NCBI GenBank assembly: GCA_016618085.1
Contig: JABLTG010000043.1
Span: 1-64,000, forward strand
Direction of reading: 5' to 3'
Length of the DNA: 64,000 nt
Source of the DNA: Neovahlkampfia damariscottae
Taxonomy: Eukaryota
Below, in pieces: positions 1 through 9,113 of this stretch. The translations under genes and the position numbers were made by a program. The number at the start of each line of letters is the position of its first letter. Position 1 is the first letter of the stretch. The notes beneath the pieces are model-generated. The model was not told the origin of the DNA. It searched no databases and worked only from the letters and a program-made list of their open reading frames with translations.

Positions 1-2
1 CA

Positions 3-918
3 TCAACAATAGAAGTGATAAAAAAGAGAAAACTTGAAGAAACAAAAGAAACAGGAAATATGAAATCAACATATAAACAAGGAAAAGATTCGTATCCTTT
101 TTGGTGGACTAAAGAAAAAGAAGACATTGCTACAAGTGAAAAGTATACCTCCAAGTTCTTCTTCAGTTGACAAGAATATTTGTTGGACAAAAAAGTTGGT
201 AGAACAATCTTCATTAACAGAAGGTGTTTTATTTTCATCAAAGATGTTCCAAAAGAAAACAAACAAATTTCACATAAAACTGGTTTATCAAAAAAACAAC
301 TTGATACAGATGAAATTATTCGATCAAGAAAAATTCTTTTAAAACCAACAAGTGAACAAAAGAAAAAAATACAAGAATGGATGAGAATTACTCGATTCGT
401 TTATAATTTAACTCATCATTTTGTTGAAGATCTTGGATATGATGCAAATTTTATGTTATTGAAAAACATTATTTTAAATGCAGATAAGAATCCAGAATCT
501 TCAAAATACCCTTGGTTGTTCAATAGAAAATTGAAAAAAATACCACGAGATGCTTTAAATTATGCTATTCAGCAATATGTCTGTAATGTTCACAGTTCAA
601 CGGAAATGCTGAAAGAAAAACAAAAGAAAACAAACAAAAAAATCAAATTAGAAGCAAACATGAAAAAAAGAAATGAAAAAATGTCTCAAAGTGTTGGAAT
701 ACCAGTCAATGGTGGTAAACCAAGTATTAAATGGAATGAAGAAGGATTTTTTCTTTTGGCCATCTTATAAACTTGGAGCATTAAAAACTGCTCAAAAAGA
801 TTCTGTTCAAGTACATGAAGTTTCAGAACATTATACCAGTTGTACATGTGGATCATGTGGAAAAATAGATTGGAAACTTAGAAAAAAAGATTATTTCAAT
901 TGTAAATATTTAAGATAG
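3..918 (+). pseudogene. Decayed Fanzor/TnpB-like RNA-guided nuclease (frameshifted, RuvC core deleted, 3' truncated)
   Basis: IIRSRKILLKPTSEQKKKIQEWMRITRFVYN matches the IS605/IS607 OrfB N-terminal helix motif. VHEVSEHYTSCTCGSCGK...FNC matches the RuvC-II Glu plus Zn ribbon. N-terminal YPFWW segment. RuvC-I and RuvC-III are absent; stops and frameshifts present. Confidence 0.8.
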
Positions 919-1048
919 CGGAGAAAATCCAGAAGATGAAAAAATGACTGAAAGATTGATCTCAAATGTTAATAAATTAATTGATGAAGTTGAATGGACT
1001 GCAAATGCTTTTAAAAATCATAAAGAAAAAGTAGGTGTACCAAAATAA
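919..1048 (+). other. Orphan 3' coding fragment resembling the C-terminus of an NADPH-dependent FMN reductase
   Basis: Translates GENPEDEKMTERLISNVNKLIDEVEWTANAFKNHKEKVGVPK* after a possible AG acceptor; no 5' part is visible in the window. Confidence 0.4.
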
Positions 1049-1218
1049 TCTATATAACAAGTTATTTTTTAAATAAAATTTTTTAATTCAAATTCTTGAC
1101 TTTTGGCATTTTTATGACATGTTGAAAAATTACTGAATAAAATTTGAAAAAGTTTGGTATTCTTTATTTAATACAAAGATATTTTGAATTCTACAATGAT
1201 TGAAATTCTTCATTTCAG

Positions 1219-1950
1219 TTATTCTTCTTCTATCAAAAAGGCGTCTTTTGGTATATTCGGATTGGTTGATTTTTCATCAATCAATTCGGTCACCAATTGA
1301 TTCAAGTTTTCAATCATTTTTTTCTGTTGTTCTATTTGATCCTTCATTCCATCAATTTCACTTTCAAAATTTAATTTCATTTCTTTGAGTTCAATAAAAA
1401 AACTTAGGGAGTTCATTTCAACATTTGATTCTCCTAATGAAAAGTATTCCGACAATACCTTCATATTTTCTTCAATTTCCGGAAATATTTCATCGAAATC
1501 AAAATTTTCAATTTTTTTTTCTTTAATTTCTTTGATAATCGTGGTGTTGAAATTTTTAATTACTTTCATTGGATCATAACGAACGATTAAATCTAATTCA
1601 TTCATAAATTCCGATTCCTCTTGAATCCATTGTTTATAAATATCCAAAAATATGTCATTATTTATCTGTTTTCTTCCTCTTCTATTGGTATTCTTCTCTC
1701 GAATATTTTTGTAACATTCAAATATGAAATCATCGAGTTCTTGTGATATCATGGAATCTTCGTAATAGAAAGTAAGAGTTTCTACGAATTTTGATGCTTT
1801 AATTATATCTCTTGATTTTTGATTCATCCTAATGTGAACAGTTTCATTTGTTGATTTTGTTAAATTTTTTGAAAACATTAAATCCAATGTTCTACATTCA
1901 TATTTACCTATTTTATAACTTTCATATTGATTTTTGAACTTTAAAAACAA
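1219..1950 (-). CDS. Intron-less hypothetical protein, possibly virus/TE-derived (T5orf172-like YKIGK segment plus C-terminal coiled coil); start uncertain
   Basis: 243-aa ORF without a clean ATG start, next to the Fanzor remnant. Confidence 0.35.
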   Translation of the reverse strand: MFLKFKNQYESYKIGKYECRTLDLMFSKNLTKSTNETVHIRMNQKSRDIIKASKFVETLTFYYEDSMISQELDDFIFECYKNIREKNTNRRGRKQINNDIFLDIYKQWIQEESEFMNELDLIVRYDPMKVIKNFNTTIIKEIKEKKIENFDFDEIFPEIEENMKVLSEYFSLGESNVEMNSLSFFIELKEMKLNFESEIDGMKDQIEQQKKMIENLNQLVTELIDEKSTNPNIPKDAFLIEEE

Positions 1951-2464
1951 TTCTTTTTGTTCTTCATATTTTTTGTTGTGAATTTTTTTGAAATAACTTC
2001 TTGGATTTTTAATGTAAATTAGAAACAGATCAATGATCTAAAATTGATGTTAGAAGATTTAAATGATAATTTACTTCCTTAAAATGAATTAAAAATTTGT
2101 ATTTTTGATACATCCTAAAAATTAAAAGTGAATTAAATTCAAACGAAAGAAGTGAAGAAGTCTTCAGGTTTTGCTTCCTAAAAAATTGTCAGCTTTTGTT
2201 ATGGTGAAGTTACAAAAGATACCACTGGTGAATCTTCACCAGAACTCCAGTCTTCATCATCAAAAAAATGGTTTGACATTATTTTGAAATGATTGGTTTA
2301 AATTTGAATCCCAAAATAGCATAATTTTTTATTTCTAATTTTTTTCTTTCTTCCTAAACTTTGAATAAATTTCAACTTGATTTATATTATCGTTTGATTG
2401 GTCTAATTTTTCAGAAATCGATTGGTCAGTTATTTTTAGTCACTTCTCAACGTTCTCCTATATC

Positions 2465-3355
2465 ATGAAGAAAGTTAAAGTACTGATATCAAAAAAGAAG
2501 ACCATACCACTGACCATAAATCCACAAACAACTTCTTATTTATCTTTAAAACAAACAATTCAAGAATTACGACAGGAAGATTCTAAAACACCAACAGAAT
2601 TTTTATACCTCAACAAAGAGACAAAAGAATGGACAAAAATAACAACAGAATGGTGTTGGCAAGAATTAATTCAGTCTATGTCACCAAATGATATTTTAGT
2701 TATAAAGTTATATAAACCTTCAAAAATTTTACAAATTCAACAACAGTTCAGTTATTCATTTGGAACTGAAAAACAAAAAGGAGTCTCTGGACTTATAGGA
2801 CAAATGGAAAATGAACTAAGGTATAAAGCATTTCAACAAACGCTTGAAAAACTGAGAGAGCTTGGCTACTCAAACACTGAAAGATGTAAAAAAAAAAAAA
2901 AAAATTAACTAGATTAAAACGTAGGTATTTTTTTAATTGTAAAACATTGTAATGATTTTGAACTGATAACTAATGAATACTTGAATAAAAATGATTCAAA
3001 AACAAAATTTAACACACTTTTAACACCACAAAGAATTTTAAATTTCGATAATCACTGGATAAAAGAAGAAGAGAGAAAGGAAAATGTAAATACAACTTTA
3101 TCAGATATACAAACTGAAAATATTGTTAAAAACAAAATTCAGCTGTATTCAGAAACTTCAGAACCAAAATTTTTTATGAAATTTTTTGCTGAACAAATTG
3201 ATTCAACAAAAAGGGATTCACTAGCTGAAAAGGTTCAACAACTAAAGAATATTGGTTTTTCAGATGAGCATTTGTCTTTGTATTTTTTATTAAAAAGGAA
3301 TGAAGATGTTCAATCAACTGCTATGGATTTAAAAAAAATACAACAACCAAAATAA
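2465..3355 (+). CDS. PB1-like + two UBA domain protein (p62/NBR1-like architecture)
   Basis: N-terminal PB1-like segment. Intron 2886-2924 joins LEKLRELGYSNTER-CIFLIVKH (UBA1). UBA2 is VQQLKNIGFSDEHLSLYFLLKRNEDVQSTAMDL. Confidence 0.65.
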
Positions 3356-3497
3356 AAGTTTATAATGAAAAAACAAATATTTTGTTTATTTTGGTATTAA
3401 ACCGGAAACTCGGAAAATTATTTAAAAATGGCGATAATTGGACAACCCCGAAAACCAATCAAAAGTTACTTTTATTTTTGAAGACAAAGTTGAAAGA

Positions 3498-3989
3498 ATG
3501 AGTGCACAACAATTTTGTACAGGTAATGGAAGAGTCATGATGCCAGGATTTCAATTCGCTGCGAATGGAGGACCTTGTATTTTGTTCTTATTTTCTGGAT
3601 GGAATGTAAACACAGCTGTTAAATACGCTATGGTGATGGTAGCATGTTTCGTTATGGGTTTAAGTAATGAAGGATTATCTTTATTAAGAAGAAGATGCTC
3701 AATTTGGTTCAATGGAAAATCAGAACTCTTAAAATCAGTTCCTGCTTTAATTTACGCTGTTCAAATGATGATCGCTTATAGTATGATGTTACTTATTATG
3801 ACTTACGAAATTGGTGTTTTTATGTGTTTAATTCTTGGATTGGCTTTTGGTAACTTTCTTTTCAGTTTGAAATTTTTACAACCAAAACCATCAAAAGATG
3901 AAAAATCAAAAGCAATTTTACCAGGTGGTACAACACCATGTTGTACAGGTAATGAAGCTGATGGATTAATCAACAATCATTTGGAATAA
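3498..3989 (+). CDS. Ctr/COPT family copper transporter
   Basis: LFSGW, three hydrophobic helices, MLLIMTY (MxxxM) and GLAFG (GxxxG) motifs. Confidence 0.9.
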   Translation: MSAQQFCTGNGRVMMPGFQFAANGGPCILFLFSGWNVNTAVKYAMVMVACFVMGLSNEGLSLLRRRCSIWFNGKSELLKSVPALIYAVQMMIAYSMMLLIMTYEIGVFMCLILGLAFGNFLFSLKFLQPKPSKDEKSKAILPGGTTPCCTGNEADGLINNHLE

Positions 3990-4189
3990 AAAATATCAGA
4001 TTTTTATTTCATCAAATTTCTATTATCACCAATTACATCAAACAAACAAACCACAAATAGGAACGATAAAATTTACTTTCAAATCGCCTTGGTGAAAAAT
4101 TGAAATGATACTGTTCAAGTTGTGAATATCATGCACCAATTTATTTTCTTTCCATACACCAAACTATTTCGGAAAATGAATTGAAAACA

Positions 4190-4490
4190 AAAAAATTTAG
4201 GTTCCGAATCTCAACATACAGCCTCCACACCTCAGACTCAGCACTGCAATCCTCTGTCCAGTCAAAGTTAACCTAAGTGATTGCTCAATTGCTTGCCTGA
4301 CACGGTTTCGGTTATTTCAACAAACTAGCTGCACAAATTACTCTGCACGCACCAGCTCGACTACGACTCACGAAGGACAGCGCTATCAACATCAATATCA
4401 ATGTGGAGAACAGCATGCGTTGAAACAATTCCCAAATCTATTGTCTACACCATATGTCAGTGTTGACAGAAGCCTGACTCGCTTCCAGAC
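4190..4490 (-). ncRNA. 7SL: Signal recognition particle RNA (7SL), ~300 nt
   Basis: Minus strand. Alu domain GUCU-GGAAGC[GAGUCAG]GCUUC-UGUCA-ACAC[UGACAUAUG]GUGU-AGAC has the UGUNR motif and complementary loops. Helix 5 pairs (UUCAACGCAUGC/GUAUGUUGAG, CUCCACA/UGUGGAG, AGAUUUGGG/CCUAAAUUU). Helix 6 has a GUAA tetraloop. Helix 8 is UCAGG-CAA-GCAA-UUG-AGCA. Ends in an oligo-T Pol III terminator. Confidence 0.93.
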
Positions 4491-4652
4491 AAGAGTTAAA
4501 GTAAAATCAACTATATGAACCAAAAAAAAAATTCAAAAAAAAAAATTGTGGTTTTACAAATTTAAAGAGAAACGAAGAAGATACTCTCAAAATAAGAACA
4601 ACCACACAAAGAAAACTTTAAATTGATTTAATAATTAAAAAAAAAAATTAGT

Positions 4653-6302
4653 TTATTCTTTTGCACGTTGAATTCTTAAACAAGAGTTTTTCAAAAAAGT
4701 ACCATTTAATTTCAAAGCGTTTTGAAAAGAATCATTATCTTCAAAAGTAATGAAAGCATAAATTTCCTTTGGACGTGCAAAACGGCCAACTTTTCCACAT
4801 TGTTCAAAATGTTTCCTTAAATTTTTTGAATCAATTTCTTTTGATAAACCAGAAACAAAAATTTTAAATTGCATTTTTGAAGTATCAATTAATTCAACAT
4901 AATCACCTTTACAAGCGAATAAGTGATCATTCTTTGTGAGAAAAGTTTTATAAGTCCCGTGATTTTTGACCATTAAATCTTTAAATTTTGAAGGAAGTGA
5001 ATCAAATAAGTAATTTCTTTGTTCTTTTGTACTTCCTTTTTTAAAATTCTTTTTAAATGCTTCAATGAGTGATTTATTTTCCATATCTCTTTCGTTTTCT
5101 TTTTTTTGAGAATTTGGTGATTTTAAAGGTTCAGAATTTGGTGATGTTGATCCTGTATGATTTTTTGGTGATTTTAAACCATTCTTTGGTGATTTTTCAG
5201 TCATTTTTGGTGATTTAATAATTTTATCCTCATAAGATTTTGGTGATTTAATTATTTTATCTTCCAAAGAAGATCTTTGTGAATTATTTTTATAAATTCT
5301 ATCTTGACTCATATTTGGTATTTTTGGAATTATAACAGGTTCAGGTGATCCATAACTTGAATTTCTTTTTGATTCAACTGTCATTTTTGGAGATTTGATT
5401 ATTCTATCTTCTAAAGATTTTCTATTTTGTGATGATACAATTGTACCTTGTTGATCAAGTGAAGGCATTTTTGTCGGATGTTGTAATATTTCGTTTGCGT
5501 CATTATTTAATTCTCTTTGTGAATTTGAAGTAGGTCCGTTCATTAATCCACCATGATTTTGAACAAATGATTCATCAATTTCTAAACTAGCAAAAGAAAG
5601 TATATCATCAATTTCCGGTGTTTTTAAATCTGAAATACTTGGTTGTTTTAAATTTGATGGAATCATAACTGAAACAGGTGGCGTATTTAAAAGATTAACA
5701 GGTGGTAAATTAACTCCATTTCTACCGTTTAAACCATTACTACTACCATTACCGAGACTACTTGTTATATGTTGTAATTGTGTTTGGTTTTGGTTTGGTT
5801 GAGTTTGTTGTAATTGTTTTGGAGTTGATTTTTGTTTTTCTTTTTCTAATTTTTCGTCTACTTCTGTTTCTGTAAAATGTTTTATGAGAATTTCTAAAAT
5901 CGTTATCGTTGAACTAATCAAAGAAATTTTTTCATGTAACGTAAGTTCATTTTCTAAGCCTTCTTTATGAGAACCAAAGTTTCCCAAGATTCTAACTAAT
6001 CTGATATGTACGGCTATTCTTTGAAGTTTTGAGTTCTTGAACATTGGTGTGTCGAAAAATAATTCAACTTCTAATAAATTTTTGTTGTCATTGACAAAAG
6101 GATTTAAAATCCATTCCGTAAGTTGTCTATATGAAGTACATGAGAATTCATCTTTTTGCAAAAAAGATTCAAGTTTAACGACGGACTCTTTCAAATGTTT
6201 TTGGTATATCTGTGAGCAGTTCATATCGAAAAGTGATCGTATAACGTAGTCAGAAAGGTATTTTCTCGAGTCTTTCCTAAAGTTAGCGAAATGGTCCTCC
6301 AT
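4653..6302 (-). CDS. DUF4145/HEPN-like domain + low-complexity SPK region + LOTUS-like winged helix + RRM
   Basis: 549-aa ORF with VRILGNFGSH, MVKNHGTYKTFL, and an RRM (IFVSGL ... YAFITF). Confidence 0.65.
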   Translation of the reverse strand: MEDHFANFRKDSRKYLSDYVIRSLFDMNCSQIYQKHLKESVVKLESFLQKDEFSCTSYRQLTEWILNPFVNDNKNLLEVELFFDTPMFKNSKLQRIAVHIRLVRILGNFGSHKEGLENELTLHEKISLISSTITILEILIKHFTETEVDEKLEKEKQKSTPKQLQQTQPNQNQTQLQHITSSLGNGSSNGLNGRNGVNLPPVNLLNTPPVSVMIPSNLKQPSISDLKTPEIDDILSFASLEIDESFVQNHGGLMNGPTSNSQRELNNDANEILQHPTKMPSLDQQGTIVSSQNRKSLEDRIIKSPKMTVESKRNSSYGSPEPVIIPKIPNMSQDRIYKNNSQRSSLEDKIIKSPKSYEDKIIKSPKMTEKSPKNGLKSPKNHTGSTSPNSEPLKSPNSQKKENERDMENKSLIEAFKKNFKKGSTKEQRNYLFDSLPSKFKDLMVKNHGTYKTFLTKNDHLFACKGDYVELIDTSKMQFKIFVSGLSKEIDSKNLRKHFEQCGKVGRFARPKEIYAFITFEDNDSFQNALKLNGTFLKNSCLRIQRAKE

Positions 6303-6451
6303 TATTAGTTTCTAACGAAGTAAAGTTGAAGGTTGTTAGGACCAATCAGATTTAAACAAATCAGGATTCTTAGACCAATCAGATGGATCCCTGATAAAAA
6401 AAAAAAAAAATTTTTGTCTTAAAATTCCATTTTATTCAATTTGATAATGAT

Positions 6452-7417
6452 TCATTTTTTGGATTTTTTTTTTGTTTTCTTTTTTTTTTCTTTTTTTATC
6501 TTTGGAGCACTTTCTTTATTTGTTTTTGGTTGATTGATGCCCAAGGCAATGTCGTCACCTGTCATTTCGAAATGATTTGGAAATTTAGCTAAGAAATTTT
6601 TTAAACTTCCATAATTTTTGATAAGTTCTTGTTGTAAAGTTTTGTCGAAAAAATTGGAAAGTTGACCCTTTTTGGCACTTTTATTTTTGATAATATTTGA
6701 TACAGCGTCAACGTAATAAGCATCTTCTTTGATGATTGTAGTTGAGTTTTCATCAAATTTTAAACATTGAATTTTTGTTGTTTTTTCTTGACAAGTTGAA
6801 GTTTTTTGTGTTTTTTTCAAGCTGACTTTGGTTTCATCTAACACTAATTTTTTGATAGTTTCCACCTTTTCTGTTTGAACGACTTTTTTCTTTTTTGATT
6901 TTGGTGATGAAGTTTGATTGATTTCACAAATGTTTGAATTTTGATTTTCAGAAATTTTTTCACTTTTTGAATCTGTAACTACTTCTTTTTGATTGTTTTC
7001 AATCACATAATCAATGAGTTTTTCCAAAATGATAATAGTTGAAGTGATAACACTTTGTTGTTCCAATTCTGAGACTGTTCCATTTAAACTATCACCATGT
7101 GAGCAATGATTTCCATATTTTCTAACCAATTCCATGTGAAAAATAACTATTTTATGTTTTTCATTTTTTAATTTTTCAGAAAAACAAGTAATTGTATCAG
7201 CAAGTGTTTTTTTCTTTTGAAAATAAAAACCTGAAGCAAATATAAGCTCTAATACCTTACGGTAGTTATTTCCATTGAATTCTTGTTCAAGAAAGTTTTC
7301 AAGTTGTTCTATAGCTTGGTCAAAGTCAAGACGAGTTTGGTCATGTTGTATCTTGACAAGTGAGCGAATAACTGTTTTAGTGATGAATAATTGTTTTTCT
7401 TTGATAAATGATTCCAT
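6452..7417 (-). CDS. Tandem paralog: DUF4145/HEPN-like domain + LOTUS-like winged helix, no RRM
   Basis: 321-aa ORF with VRKYGNHCSH and IKNYGSLKNFLAKFPNHF. The N-terminus is colinear with 4653-6302 (VIRSL, LExFL, YR, TIxILExLI). Confidence 0.65.
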   Translation of the reverse strand: MESFIKEKQLFITKTVIRSLVKIQHDQTRLDFDQAIEQLENFLEQEFNGNNYRKVLELIFASGFYFQKKKTLADTITCFSEKLKNEKHKIVIFHMELVRKYGNHCSHGDSLNGTVSELEQQSVITSTIIILEKLIDYVIENNQKEVVTDSKSEKISENQNSNICEINQTSSPKSKKKKVVQTEKVETIKKLVLDETKVSLKKTQKTSTCQEKTTKIQCLKFDENSTTIIKEDAYYVDAVSNIIKNKSAKKGQLSNFFDKTLQQELIKNYGSLKNFLAKFPNHFEMTGDDIALGINQPKTNKESAPKIKKEKKKKTKKKSKK

Positions 7418-7767
7418 GCGTTAGTTGTTGAAACTCAAATCCATACGACTATTTATAAACTAAAGTTGGAAATTTCCATGGAAATTTTCCAACTGAAATT
7501 TAAGTATTTCACACATCAAAAAATCCAAAGGAAAACTCCAAAATTGAATGTGACGTTGAGTGTTTCTTCATTTTGGTATTTCATCTCTTCTGAACATGCC
7601 AAACCAACTGAAAAAAACATCAATCAATCCAACCAATCAAAGAGACGAATTTCTTCAACTTTTTTAGAATTTGTTTTAGAATTTGTGAATTTTTTGATTT
7701 AGTTCTTCATTTCTGAAATGAACTTTCAGTTTTTATTGGTTCATCCTTCATCCAAAAAAAAAAAGAA

Positions 7768-8912
7768 ATGTCCATCAAGTTACCAGTGTTGAATTTTGTC
7801 AAAACACAATACCCAAAAAATACCTTCAAAAATGTCAAAATTTTAGCTTGCCAACATATTTTAGATACAACTCACAGTTTATTTGATACAATGGTTGAAA
7901 TGGGTTTAAAGAAAGAAAACACATTTTTGTTGGGAAAATGTTATTCAACATCACCAATATCATTTAAAAAAATGATTAATGAAGGCTATAATGTTGATTA
8001 TAATTCATTTCGATACAATTCACATGAACCTTTTGATGAAACTTATCAACGAAATATTGAACAATTTTTAACAAAGAATATGACAGGAGATAAAGAAGAG
8101 AAAATTATTTTACTCGATGATGGTGGTGGTTTGGTATCAGTATTTAATCAATTTTACTCAAATTTGTCCTCAAATGTTTCATGTGTGGAACAAACATCAT
8201 CAGGATTCAATAGATTGAAGAATGAATCATTTTCATTTCCAATTATGAATATAGCAAGATCACATGGGAAATTGGTTTATGAGACACCATTTATTGTTGA
8301 CAGTATCATCGAATCTCAACAATTTTTCCTTCAAAAAAGACGAGATTTGAATCCGAAAAATATCTTGATACTTGGGGATGGTGTTATTGGGAAGTCTTTG
8401 AGTATGAAAACTTGAACATTAATAGTTATTTAGAAACCAAAATGGAGCAAAATTTCAATATTCAAATTTTTGGAATTCGTTCAAATGTCGCTGAAATTGA
8501 AGATAAAATAAATTGGAATGATTTTGACATCATCATTGGAGCAACAGGATTTAATATTTTCAAAAATTTTGATTTTAAAAAGTTGAAGAAATCATCAATA
8601 ATTTATTCTGTATCATCGTCAGATCGTGAATTAAACGCTATTGAATTGAGAAAACAAATTGAAATGACAACGAATTGCAGAAAAGACTTAGAAATCAATG
8701 GAATAAATCTAGTATACAACGGATTTCCAATGAATTTTTCTTCTTCAGAACATACAGAAATGTGTGTCTCAGCTCAAAGAATGCAGATAACAATGGGATT
8801 GTTATTGGCAGGATGTTGCCAATCCCTTTCTGAAACCAGAACTGGATTTGTTGATTTGGAAATGGATTTGCAAAAAGATATTATTGAACAATATATTAAA
8901 GCTGAAAAATAA
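7768..8912 (+). CDS. Divergent S-adenosylhomocysteine hydrolase-like NAD-binding protein
   Basis: ACQH, LDDGG, VEQTSSG, SHGKLVYE, Rossmann ILGDGVIG, IGATG, NGFPMNF. Predicted intron 8402-8433 restores the frame. Confidence 0.7.
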
Positions 8913-9113
8913 ACATTAATTCTTTCACAAAGGAAATATTTTTTTGACCAATCGTTTTCAAGATCAGCAAGATCAAGAACAAACAACCAGGATCATTATG
9001 ATTTTCATTGTCTTTCTACCACTCATCCTTTATGGTTTTTTATTGCTAGCATTTACAAGTTGTCTTTTTGTTTGCGTTTGATTGAAAAAACAACAACCAT
9101 AAAATAAATTTCT

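Noticed and set aside
4268..4278. TAACCTAA as a telomerase RNA template
   Set aside because: It lies within a region fully explained by the SRP RNA fold on the opposite strand.
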